Position numbers and translations under genes: made by a program
Shown here: positions 8,868 to 17,053 of the stretch, piece by piece
How positions within the stretch are numbered: the first letter of the stretch is position 1
Layout: the number at the start of each line of letters is the position of its first letter
Origin: Methanofastidiosum sp.
GTDB taxonomy: Archaea; Methanobacteriota_B; Thermococci; Methanofastidiosales; Methanofastidiosaceae
Reading direction: 5' to 3'
Assembly (NCBI GenBank): GCA_020854815.1
Contig: JAHKLW010000043.1
Span: 3,170-67,169 of the forward strand
DNA: 64,000 bases
The notes under the pieces: model-generated
The model's input: only the letters and a program-made list of their open reading frames with translations
Told to the model about the DNA's origin: nothing
Databases searched by the model: none

Positions 8868-9232
8868 TTCATCCCCCGTATGAATCTGATCACCTGTGAG
8901 TCTGAGAACTGCTTGAAGGCCTCGGGCATGGCTTTGACGACTTCCTTCATCTGTGCGATATCGACTTCCTTTTCACCCTTCTCTAGCTCCGTTAAAATTA
9001 GGGCCAGAGCTTCTGGAGAGATTGGCGGCTCGTCAACATTGATGTCCTTTTCCAGGAGGTCTAAGATCTTCTTTATCATCTCGTCATGGCTTTTGAGCTG
9101 CACTTTTATGTCGAAAAGCTCCGACTCAATTTTAGGGCCAGTGTCGATGGTGATGGTGGAGTACGGTACCTCAGGGTATTTTGAGAGCCGGGCATCGGGC
9201 CTGTTTTTAGGGCCAGTTTCAGTGGGCCTCAT
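8864..9232 (-). CDS. Hypothetical protein (provirus)
   Basis: 122 aa. Contains three copies of the TTAGGGCCAG motif. Confidence 0.4.
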   Translation of the reverse strand: MRPTETGPKNRPDARLSKYPEVPYSTITIDTGPKIESELFDIKVQLKSHDEMIKKILDLLEKDINVDEPPISPEALALILTELEKGEKEVDIAQMKEVVKAMPEAFKQFSDSQVIRFIRGMK

Positions 9233-9410
9233 GATGGTATCTTTTGCATTTGCTTTCTCAACTATACCTATTTTACCATCTCCTTTTTCACTGTCTTTAG
9301 AAGCTCCTCTACCCCGGCCTTATCTGGGCCCTCGCACTGGATGTTGATCTTTGTGCCTGTGAATGGATTGTTTTCCTTGTAGAATATCTTCCAGGGTGTT
9401 GCTTCTTCTG

Positions 9411-9764
9411 TCAAGTTGAGGCCTCCAAGATTGTCTTTTGCCCTTCTGGCAGCAGGAATTTAGCTATGTCTGCAAATGTTAATTCTGGAAAATCAGAAGA
9501 AAAAAATAGATTATCCCTAGTTACCTTGTCGCCCATCCTCTGGAGTATTCCATCATGCCCCTGCCAATCGCCTATAATCCTTTCAATGTCTTGGAGAACT
9601 CTTTCAAGATTTTCCTTCGTGATCTCTTTCATGTAGCCATTGTAATGACAATTCCCGTAATGCTTGCCAGCTGAATAGTTGAATCTCTCTTTCCCGGCAT
9701 ATGTTGTTTTTTCTATCGTGATGGTGTACTTTGTTCCTTTTGGAATCTTGTAGTCCCTGCTCAT
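9411..9764 (-). CDS. Hypothetical protein (provirus)
   Basis: 117 aa. Confidence 0.35.
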   Translation of the reverse strand: MSRDYKIPKGTKYTITIEKTTYAGKERFNYSAGKHYGNCHYNGYMKEITKENLERVLQDIERIIGDWQGHDGILQRMGDKVTRDNLFFSSDFPELTFADIAKFLLPEGQKTILEAST

Positions 9765-10057
9765 TTAATTTCCTCAAAGTAGTGCATCCATCCTTTCTCG
9801 TCAGGACTATACTTGCCATAAAGCTCTGTCCAGAACTTGACAAAATCCTCGGCTGTTTTGAATCCGCACCTCGGGTAAAGGAAGGCCTCTATCGTCTTTA
9901 AGTGGCACTCGAACACGTTGGTGAACTTGTAGGTCTTGCCGAATGCCTCGAATGTGTCTCCATTATCGCCCTTCTTTTCAGTCCTTATGGTTGCTACCTT
10001 TGTGCCTTTCTTAAGCGGGGCCTTGAATCTCTCGTTGAATTTGAGCTCTACTTTCAT
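9761..10057 (-). CDS. ASCH-domain-like protein
   Basis: 98 aa. LKKGTKVATIR fits the ASCH GxKxxExR motif. Confidence 0.4.
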   Translation of the reverse strand: MKVELKFNERFKAPLKKGTKVATIRTEKKGDNGDTFEAFGKTYKFTNVFECHLKTIEAFLYPRCGFKTAEDFVKFWTELYGKYSPDEKGWMHYFEEIK

Positions 10058-10332
10058 CCCGCTGCCACTTCCTTCTCCTTTGATGGAGTGTGGTCAAGCT
10101 TCTGCTGGAAATCTTCCTCGAGGGAGTCTTCCTTGTGGAGCTCTGCCATGATGCTCATTATCCTGTTCATGTATATCCTCTTGCAGTCCTCGCAAAGAGG
10201 CGAGCCTTTCACCTTGTCAACGTAGGCCACTGCCCCGTACTCCTTCGGCTTTGAAATCTCGAATGTGATCTTGGCTTCGTATGTCGCTAGATATCCACAT
10301 ATGACACATGGGTCCAACTCGTCATCAGTCAT
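10054..10332 (-). CDS. Zn-ribbon protein
   Basis: 92 aa, with CVICG...CEDCKR. Confidence 0.35.
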   Translation of the reverse strand: MTDDELDPCVICGYLATYEAKITFEISKPKEYGAVAYVDKVKGSPLCEDCKRIYMNRIMSIMAELHKEDSLEEDFQQKLDHTPSKEKEVAAG

Positions 10333-10448
10333 TCACTAGCCTCTTTGCCTCTTCCATGTGCCATTCTTTTCTTCCTGGCATGTTTTCTGATAAGGGATCT
10401 TCTGCAAGCTCCCTGTGTGCTTTTGCAGATTCAAGATCTGCTATTCTT

Positions 10449-10718
10449 TCACTTTCTGTTCTTTTTTCCATTTCTTTTTTCATCTCCTATTTTTTCTAAT
10501 TTCAGTACATGTATGCAGGGCCTCTTCCTGTTGTACGAATCAGGACATGAGCACCAGTAGTCCGGCCACCCTTCATCAGGCTTGAGATCTATCGATGCGA
10601 TATGCCCCTTCGTAGTTATGCCCCAGAGAAACGAGCCTGCCCTGCCTGTGGCCTTAAATTCAACTTCTGGAATCTTGGCCAGCTGCCCTTTTGTCGGCTC
10701 GTACTCGGATAGCTTCAT
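10449..10718 (-). CDS. SWIM zinc-finger protein
   Basis: 89 aa. WCSCPDSYNRKRPCIHV fits the CxCxnCxH SWIM pattern. Confidence 0.45.
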   Translation of the reverse strand: MKLSEYEPTKGQLAKIPEVEFKATGRAGSFLWGITTKGHIASIDLKPDEGWPDYWCSCPDSYNRKRPCIHVLKLEKIGDEKRNGKKNRK

Positions 10719-11077
10719 TTACCACCTCTAGTTAATTTTAGGGCCAGCTCACAGTCTGGATGTGCCCCGTGCTTCAATTCTGCAAATGTCTGGTAGAATA
10801 GTCCGCAGATTGGGCATGTTTCCTTAGGGGTAATTCTTGATTCGATTTTGAATATGAATCTCCTGTTTGATAATAGAATTGTTACAAGACTTAGACGGTA
10901 GTAATAGATTCCAAATAATCTATCATCCTGTCTTTCTTTCCTTCCAATATCGACATTAATAAAAAATGAGAATATCTTCAGAAAGAAGTAGCCACGTCTG
11001 ATGATCATGTCAAAATGCCTAATGGTCTTCATGGCCTGCCCCCGATGTTCTTCACTTTGAAATAGAAGCCCTTCCAC
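10715..11077 (-). CDS. Hypothetical protein with C-terminal Zn finger
   Basis: 120 aa, with CPICG...HPDC. Confidence 0.35.
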   Translation of the reverse strand: MEGLLFQSEEHRGQAMKTIRHFDMIIRRGYFFLKIFSFFINVDIGRKERQDDRLFGIYYYRLSLVTILLSNRRFIFKIESRITPKETCPICGLFYQTFAELKHGAHPDCELALKLTRGGK

Positions 11078-11523
11078 TGCGATAATGCCCTCTCAACTAT
11101 GCCCCTGAGCTGCTGCTCCTTGTCATATGTGGGCATCTGCTCTAAAGTTCTCAACGTGAGAGACACCTGAATTAGATCAGATATCAGGAGGTCCAACTGT
11201 TCTGGCCCTAACTTTATCATCTGTGTGATTTCCCTCTTGCCGTCAGAATCAATCTTTGGGAAAAGAGATATCGATATGAAGGCCTTGTTATTCATCGTGC
11301 CACGTTCAGGGAGTATTCCTGCAGAGGCTGTGACAAAGTATTTATCCAGAGGGTAGCCGTTCCTGATCTCAAGTTCTACCCCATTCTTTGAAGTTATGAG
11401 GGCCGTTTCCCTCCTGTCTCTCGATAATCCTTTTCTCGGTGTGTCAGGAATGCCAGCGAATAGCTTCTGCTGTGCCACGTCAAGGGGATCTTCTACCTTA
11501 TAGGTCAGAAAAATCCCTCCCAA
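11029..11523 (-). CDS. Hypothetical protein (provirus)
   Basis: 164 aa. Confidence 0.35.
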   Translation of the reverse strand: MGGIFLTYKVEDPLDVAQQKLFAGIPDTPRKGLSRDRRETALITSKNGVELEIRNGYPLDKYFVTASAGILPERGTMNNKAFISISLFPKIDSDGKREITQMIKLGPEQLDLLISDLIQVSLTLRTLEQMPTYDKEQQLRGIVERALSQWKGFYFKVKNIGGRP

Positions 11524-12478
11524 GCCTTGAATTCAAGAAGTCCATCTGTGCATGAAGCCCCTCTCCATAAGCCTCAATCTTTGACCTGTGGGCATCACAT
11601 GCAGTAAATCCATACATTATTGTAGTGGCCTTATTACTGCAGAAGGCGCATGTATAGCTACTGGCCTTAGAATTAAGATCTAATTTCTCCAGGTATGCTA
11701 GAATAGCTTTTAGATATAGCGGCATCCTGGCAAAGTCCATGGCGGCTTCCGGTGTCTCAAACTCTAGCTCAGTGCCTTCCTGATCTGAATCGTCCATGTG
11801 GCAGTCCTGGCCTTGTATGGTGAACTGGTCGAATTTTCCAAAGTTGAATTTAGGATCTTCAAGTACAAAGTGGGGCTTTCTATTGATCTTCCCAAAAGAA
11901 AGCTTTAGGCCAAGGAAACTGTTCTCTAGCTTCTGTGCATAGACGTTTGCAAGATTCAAAGCCTCGCTAAGTAGATCATAGGAGTTTGATTTCCTCTCAA
12001 TCTTGGGGTAAATTATCACACTTTTGGTAGTTTTTTCTATTGTTACAGCTGGCAGTTTTGTGTATTCCTTGGCCCAATTGTTCAAGTTTACCTCTTTGTC
12101 AAGGGTAAATGTGCTAGGAGCGGACAAGATATCATATCTTATGCCTATATTATGCATGGAAAATGAGGCTTTTGTGTTCTCATCCCCAGTGAGGGATTTA
12201 TTGGAACATTGGAACTTTGATGGAACTTTGTTCCCAGTATTGCTTAACACCCTGTATAGCTTAGGCCACTCCGATACCTGTTCGATTAATCCAGACTTTT
12301 CCAGCCTTTGAATTGCCCTAGATACTTTATTCCTTCTTATTCCCATGTTTCGGGCAATCTGTGCAGGATAAAGGCCAGAGTCCAGAAGTGATAAAATCCT
12401 CTCATCTACCAAAGTTCCATCTATTGTTCCACTCTCTGGAACTTTCTGCCCTGCACGATTGGAAGCTTTGCCCTGCAC
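11498..12478 (-). CDS. Winged-helix DNA-binding protein with C-terminal Cys cluster (regulator or replication-associated)
   Basis: 326 aa. wHTH-like LYPAQIARNMGIRRNKVSRAIQRLEKSGLIEQ, plus CAFCSNK...CDAH. Confidence 0.4.
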   Translation of the reverse strand: MQGKASNRAGQKVPESGTIDGTLVDERILSLLDSGLYPAQIARNMGIRRNKVSRAIQRLEKSGLIEQVSEWPKLYRVLSNTGNKVPSKFQCSNKSLTGDENTKASFSMHNIGIRYDILSAPSTFTLDKEVNLNNWAKEYTKLPAVTIEKTTKSVIIYPKIERKSNSYDLLSEALNLANVYAQKLENSFLGLKLSFGKINRKPHFVLEDPKFNFGKFDQFTIQGQDCHMDDSDQEGTELEFETPEAAMDFARMPLYLKAILAYLEKLDLNSKASSYTCAFCSNKATTIMYGFTACDAHRSKIEAYGEGLHAQMDFLNSRLGRDFSDL

Positions 12479-12480
12479 GA

Positions 12481-12906
12481 TTACGACCTCATGCTTTCCC
12501 TTACGGAGAGGTACTGCTCCCCTCTCTTGGTGACGTAGTATTTCCTCGCTTCATCACAGGAGACCAATCGGTCCATGAAGGCCTTGTCAAATGCGGAAAA
12601 TGAGGGGCACTCTGGATTCTTCTTTATGTCTATGATTGAAGTTGGCCCTAATTTTAGAAGCAGCTTTACGAGCCTGTACTCCTGGTCCGCCATGCTCTCC
12701 CACTGGTAGATGGGCTTATCGTTAGACTTCTGGCCAATCTCTACGTCCCGCCTCTTCATCATCTTCTTCAGCCATTCACATTGGGCTGTGGCTGGCATCT
12801 TCTCCCAGATCATCTCCCGAAGATCGTCATGGTCAAGGAAGTTTACGGCCTCTTCCATGGAGAGTGTGATCTTAATCTCCTCACATTTCCCTGGCAGAAA
12901 TATCAC
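12481..12906 (-). CDS. Hypothetical protein (provirus)
   Basis: 141 aa. Confidence 0.35.
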   Translation of the reverse strand: MIFLPGKCEEIKITLSMEEAVNFLDHDDLREMIWEKMPATAQCEWLKKMMKRRDVEIGQKSNDKPIYQWESMADQEYRLVKLLLKLGPTSIIDIKKNPECPSFSAFDKAFMDRLVSCDEARKYYVTKRGEQYLSVRESMRS

Positions 12907-14006
12907 CCGAATGTGAACTTTGTCTTAAGCGAATCCATAACTAGGCCTATCGGATTTGCAAGGGTGATAACGTCAGAGCCTGCAAACAATAGGGCCACAG
13001 GCCTTCCGTCCATATCCATTATGAGGCTTCCAGAATCTCCGCCGTCTGAGAAGGGGTAGGGATTACCTGATTCGATTACTATCTGGCTCTCAAATAGTAT
13101 GCTCCCGCAGTCGTACCATATCCTTGATGCTGCATTTATTCCCGTTATCTTTCCCTCGGTGTAGAATGTTGTCCTTCCCACCTTGTTGACCCTTAGGCCG
13201 ACCTTTGGATTTAGCAGCGGCGATTTAATCGGGAGATCTCCATACTGCCCTAGCTTGCTCTCTATGTCCTTGTTGATCTTTGCTAGGCAGCAATCTACAT
13301 AGTTCACCCCGTTAGGATCTATAAGCACTGCTTCATGCACTGTGGCAACTGCATCATCAGGGCTTACTCCATCGTCATAGTCCCCAGGCTGTATGACCGT
13401 ATCTCCTTTCTTTCCTTTGTTCTCGTTGTTTAAGACATGAAGATTTGAGAGAATGAATCTCTCTCCTGTTTCTATCTCAGGGGGATCTTCTGGATCTGGT
13501 GTTGGAGGTTCGGGGGTATCATCATTAAAAAAAAGCCTCATTAGCCAGTTCCATATCCTGCTTAAGATACTGCCACCTGAAAGAGATCTCTTTACAGCAC
13601 TTCTAATTCCAATGACTACAGCACCTAAAGTTCCGGCTGTGATGTCAATATGCCCTACTGAGATGCCTGCCTTAATCGGCCTCCATCTCTCCTGCTGCGG
13701 CTCTTTTGTTTGTGTCCTGATTGGGGGATTTGCATATATCCTTCCCACCTGAACTACGTCTGTAATCTTTCCGTCAAGCTTTCTAGGGAGCATGTCTATC
13801 TTCTGCTTTTTGAGCTCCTTTGGCGATAGCTTCTTTTCTACCCCGATTACTATGGCATGTACAGGTTTGCCGTTTTCATCGTAGACTGTCTTCTCTTCCT
13901 TCTTCTTGACACCCTCATAGATTATCTGGACGTTGGGATTAGTTTTCAGAATGTCAATATTGCTCAGATGATCCCCTCCTGGAAGTACCTGGAGTATGAG
14001 CTGCAC
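12903..14006 (-). CDS. Trypsin-like (S1 family) serine peptidase with Pro/Glu-rich linker
   Basis: 367 aa. GDSGS active-site Ser motif with upstream candidate His (TVHEA) and Asp (DCCLAK). PEPPTPDPEDPPE linker. Confidence 0.55.
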   Translation of the reverse strand: MQLILQVLPGGDHLSNIDILKTNPNVQIIYEGVKKKEEKTVYDENGKPVHAIVIGVEKKLSPKELKKQKIDMLPRKLDGKITDVVQVGRIYANPPIRTQTKEPQQERWRPIKAGISVGHIDITAGTLGAVVIGIRSAVKRSLSGGSILSRIWNWLMRLFFNDDTPEPPTPDPEDPPEIETGERFILSNLHVLNNENKGKKGDTVIQPGDYDDGVSPDDAVATVHEAVLIDPNGVNYVDCCLAKINKDIESKLGQYGDLPIKSPLLNPKVGLRVNKVGRTTFYTEGKITGINAASRIWYDCGSILFESQIVIESGNPYPFSDGGDSGSLIMDMDGRPVALLFAGSDVITLANPIGLVMDSLKTKFTFG

Positions 14007-14440
14007 TCAATTTTTCTTATTCTAAAAATAGGGCCAAAATTGTCAACTGCCTTGATGTATGTGAGATCTCCAAAAATAGAAAGGCCTTTTATCATCCTCT
14101 TCAGCTGGGCCATCTTGTAGCTTTTTGGCGGCAGGGCTGTCATTGCATCAGTTAAGTATGCTGCAGCTGCCAGCTGCTTGGCCTTGTTGATCATGTCCCT
14201 GATCTCTATCCTTTGAGGATTTATGTCGCCCTCTTTGTTCTGGAGGTCATTTTTCAAGTAGATGTGGTAGAAGATAGCATCGCTTGGAGGGAGCCTTACC
14301 TCGCTTAAGATATCGACAGTCTCACCCCTGGCATTCTTCAAGGGCATGACGTAGGCATTTGGGATTGTGATATCCTCGGCTATTTCTATGCTTGTGGAGA
14401 GTATGAGCCTGTTGTCATTTGTCCCAACTATATGTATCAA
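13964..14440 (-). CDS. Hypothetical protein near att/tRNA end
   Basis: 158 aa, no integrase motifs recognized. Confidence 0.35.
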   Translation of the reverse strand: MIHIVGTNDNRLILSTSIEIAEDITIPNAYVMPLKNARGETVDILSEVRLPPSDAIFYHIYLKNDLQNKEGDINPQRIEIRDMINKAKQLAAAAYLTDAMTALPPKSYKMAQLKRMIKGLSIFGDLTYIKAVDNFGPIFRIRKIECSSYSRYFQEGII

Positions 14441-14787
14441 GTGGAGGCCTCCTCTTTTGCATAGCAGAATAGGAGCATGCCATTGTGGTAATGGTATGGG
14501 ATGTATGTTGGCTGAAGACTTCCATCCTTTCTTCTTGATAGTATGGGCTTGACATTTTCCGCTATGGTGATTGGCACAGACACATATGTCCTCTTGGTAT
14601 TTGAGTAATGGACCGGGAGATTCTTAGCATCCATCTCCTCATCAAACGATAAGGCCACCCATTTCATGTTCTCGTCTATTAAAAATCGGACATAACGAGG
14701 CTTCAGCTGCTGCTCTTCTAGGGCCCTGTTGATGTACATTCTTCTCGGGTAGAGCAAGATCTTGCCCTCTCCTTTGGAGTGCTTCAT
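14437..14787 (-). CDS. Hypothetical protein adjacent to tRNA-Leu
   Basis: 116 aa, coupled (ATGA) to the downstream ORF. Confidence 0.35.
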   Translation of the reverse strand: MKHSKGEGKILLYPRRMYINRALEEQQLKPRYVRFLIDENMKWVALSFDEEMDAKNLPVHYSNTKRTYVSVPITIAENVKPILSRRKDGSLQPTYIPYHYHNGMLLFCYAKEEAST

Positions 14788-14939
14788 CTCCTTTAAGGTA
14801 GGCTCTACCTCTCTAAATTCAAACTTTCCAAAATCGATTTCTTCTTTGGCAAGATTTGTCCTGCCGGGTATTACAAGTTTTTTTTCTTCCGTTTAAGACA
14901 CCTTTGGGATTAGTCCCCAAAGAGTAAAGAAAAGACCAG

Positions 14940-15027
14940 TGGTGCGGGAGCTGGGATTTGAACCCAGGAAGACCTACATCACAGGGTCCTAAGCCCTGCA
15001 CCTTTGACCAGGCTCGGCAACCCCCGC
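14940..15027 (-). tRNA. tRNA-Leu (anticodon UAG), type II long variable arm, CCA encoded
   Basis: Reverse complement folds as a cloverleaf: acceptor GCGGGGG/CTCCCGC, anticodon stem CAGGG/CCCTG with loop CTTAGGA, 14-nt variable arm, T-arm CTGGGTTCAAATCCCAG. The GC jump occurs exactly at its 3' end. Confidence 0.85.
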
Positions 15028-15047
15028 ATGGTAATTAAATCCAAACC

Positions 15048-15062
15048 ATATATTTTGAAGTG
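15048..15062 (-). promoter_or_regulatory. Putative TATA box for tRNA-Leu
   Basis: aaaatatat on the minus strand, about 25-35 nt upstream of the tRNA 5' end. Confidence 0.3.
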
Positions 15063-15149
15063 CCTTATAAATGTAACGATGATACATACGTCAATTAAAT
15101 ACAGTGAAACTTTTATACTAATTTAATAATTATTTTTCAGGTGTGACAA

Positions 15150-15650
15150 ATGGAACATTTAATGGCCGATAAGGCAAAAGATATTTTAGGTATACTAAAG
15201 GTATTCTCTATCGATCCTCTTGAGGTTAAAAATTGTAGTTTCCCAGAGCATAAGGGAAGTGATATTGGTGACAGTAGTATTGGTTTTTTAGAACAGACTG
15301 AAGAAAAAAATATCTATTCCATAAATTCCGTTCACTATTGCAGAGAACATAGGGATATACCCCTCGCAGAAATTGAAAAAAAACTTAAAGAAAAAATTAA
15401 AGGTATTACTTCCAATAAAGGCTCTATACTGATAGCAAGAATTAAGATTGACCCAGATAGTTTCCCTGAAAAAGATATACTCGGCAAAAAGATTAGTATT
15501 GATAAAAGAACTCCAATTCTAATTAATAAAGGTAATTTAGGATTTTTAATGAATATCCCTGAAGAAGCAAAAGATATGACCTTAAAATCTGTTATCGATA
15601 AAATAATGAATCTAGAGATAGAATTCGATATTGAGTGGGAGGAATTCTAA
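15150..15650 (+). CDS. Hypothetical protein (host, low GC)
   Basis: 166 aa. AT-rich codon usage typical of the host side. Confidence 0.4.
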   Translation: MEHLMADKAKDILGILKVFSIDPLEVKNCSFPEHKGSDIGDSSIGFLEQTEEKNIYSINSVHYCREHRDIPLAEIEKKLKEKIKGITSNKGSILIARIKIDPDSFPEKDILGKKISIDKRTPILINKGNLGFLMNIPEEAKDMTLKSVIDKIMNLEIEFDIEWEEF

Positions 15651-17053
15651 ATTTGAAGAAAACAAAAATTGTATGCACAATAGGACCAAGTGTATCAAAT
15701 CATGAAATGATAAATAAACTCGTCAGTTCCGGGATGGACGTAGCAAGATTAAATTTTTCACATGGCACTCATTCTGAACATCTTAAAGTGATAGATCTAA
15801 TCAAAGAAGTATCAGAAGATACTAACAAGAAAATCGGGATTTTACTAGATACAAAAGGACCAGATATTAGAATTGGTGAATTTGATAATAATATCCATAT
15901 TTTTACAGACAAAGAATACATACTTTCTGTGAATAAAGGAAAAGATATTATCCCCTTACAAAATGACGTATCTCAATTTTTAAAACCTAATGATAAAGTC
16001 CTAGTTGATGATGGAACATTGATCTTTTCTGTACTTAGAATTGAAGATAAGGACATATACCTTAGAGCGCTAAATGAAGGAAATCTCAGGCAAAAGGTGA
16101 GCATAAACATCCCTGAAAATAGTTATTGTCCTTCAGCAGTCACGAACAATGACATTGTTGATATAAAATTTGGAATAAAACAAGATGTTGATTTTATAGC
16201 ACTGTCTTTTGCATCGACTAAAGAGGATATAATAAAAACTAGAGAGATACTAAAAGAAGAAAATGGGGAACAGTGGATAATCTCAAAGATAGAGTCTAAT
16301 TTTGGTATTAAAAATATAGATGACTTAATAGAATATTCTGAAGGTATAATGGTGGCAAGGGGCGATTTGGGTGTCGAGATTGATCTTTCTAAAATTCCAA
16401 GTGTTCAGAGATCTATAATTGAAAAATGTAATGTAAAAGGTAGGCCGGTAATTGTTGCAACTCAAATGTTAAACTCTATGATAGAAAATCCAAGGCCAAC
16501 AAGAGCAGAAGTTGAAGACATTGCCAGTGCGATATACAGTGGCGCTGACGCTGTTATGTTGTCTGGTGAAACAGCGATTGGAAAATATCCTCTAGAAAGT
16601 GTCGAAATGATGGTAAAGGTTGCAATAGAAACTGAAAAAGAGTTAAAATCAAGATCGGAATATGGCCCTTCCAAAAGGGTAACAGATGTTATTTCATCAC
16701 TTGTAGCTAAATCGGTATTGTTATCCAATGTCAAGGCAATCGTGACTTCAACTAGGTCAGGGTATACTGCATGTATGGTTTCCAGACACAAACTTTCAGT
16801 GCCCACATATGGTATGACAAATAATACTGCTACTGCAAGAAAGCTTTCTATTGTATGGGGGATAAATGAAGTCTATCTAGACCAAGAGAAAGGAGGAATC
16901 TCAGAAGCTGTGCTACATGCTGCCAAATTTTTAAAAAATGAAGGGTTAAAAGATAATGACCTTTTTGTTTTTACTGCAGGGATAAGTAACTCAAAGAAAC
17001 CAAGAACAAACTTGTTAGAAATAAGAGAAATAGGCGAAGTCCTATCTTCTTGA
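15635..17053 (+). CDS. pyk: Pyruvate kinase
   Basis: KIVCTIGP, ARLNFSHG, LLDTKGPDIR, MVARGDLGVEI and MLSGETA motifs. True start is possibly the TTG at about 15653. Confidence 0.9.
   Translation: MGGILNLKKTKIVCTIGPSVSNHEMINKLVSSGMDVARLNFSHGTHSEHLKVIDLIKEVSEDTNKKIGILLDTKGPDIRIGEFDNNIHIFTDKEYILSVNKGKDIIPLQNDVSQFLKPNDKVLVDDGTLIFSVLRIEDKDIYLRALNEGNLRQKVSINIPENSYCPSAVTNNDIVDIKFGIKQDVDFIALSFASTKEDIIKTREILKEENGEQWIISKIESNFGIKNIDDLIEYSEGIMVARGDLGVEIDLSKIPSVQRSIIEKCNVKGRPVIVATQMLNSMIENPRPTRAEVEDIASAIYSGADAVMLSGETAIGKYPLESVEMMVKVAIETEKELKSRSEYGPSKRVTDVISSLVAKSVLLSNVKAIVTSTRSGYTACMVSRHKLSVPTYGMTNNTATARKLSIVWGINEVYLDQEKGGISEAVLHAAKFLKNEGLKDNDLFVFTAGISNSKKPRTNLLEIREIGEVLSS

Noticed and set aside
14437-14787. 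Calling the 116-aa ORF next to the tRNA an excisionase or integrase fragment
   Set aside because: No R..HxxR..Y or serine-recombinase motifs are visible, and it is too short. Left as hypothetical, with the uncertainty noted in the findings.
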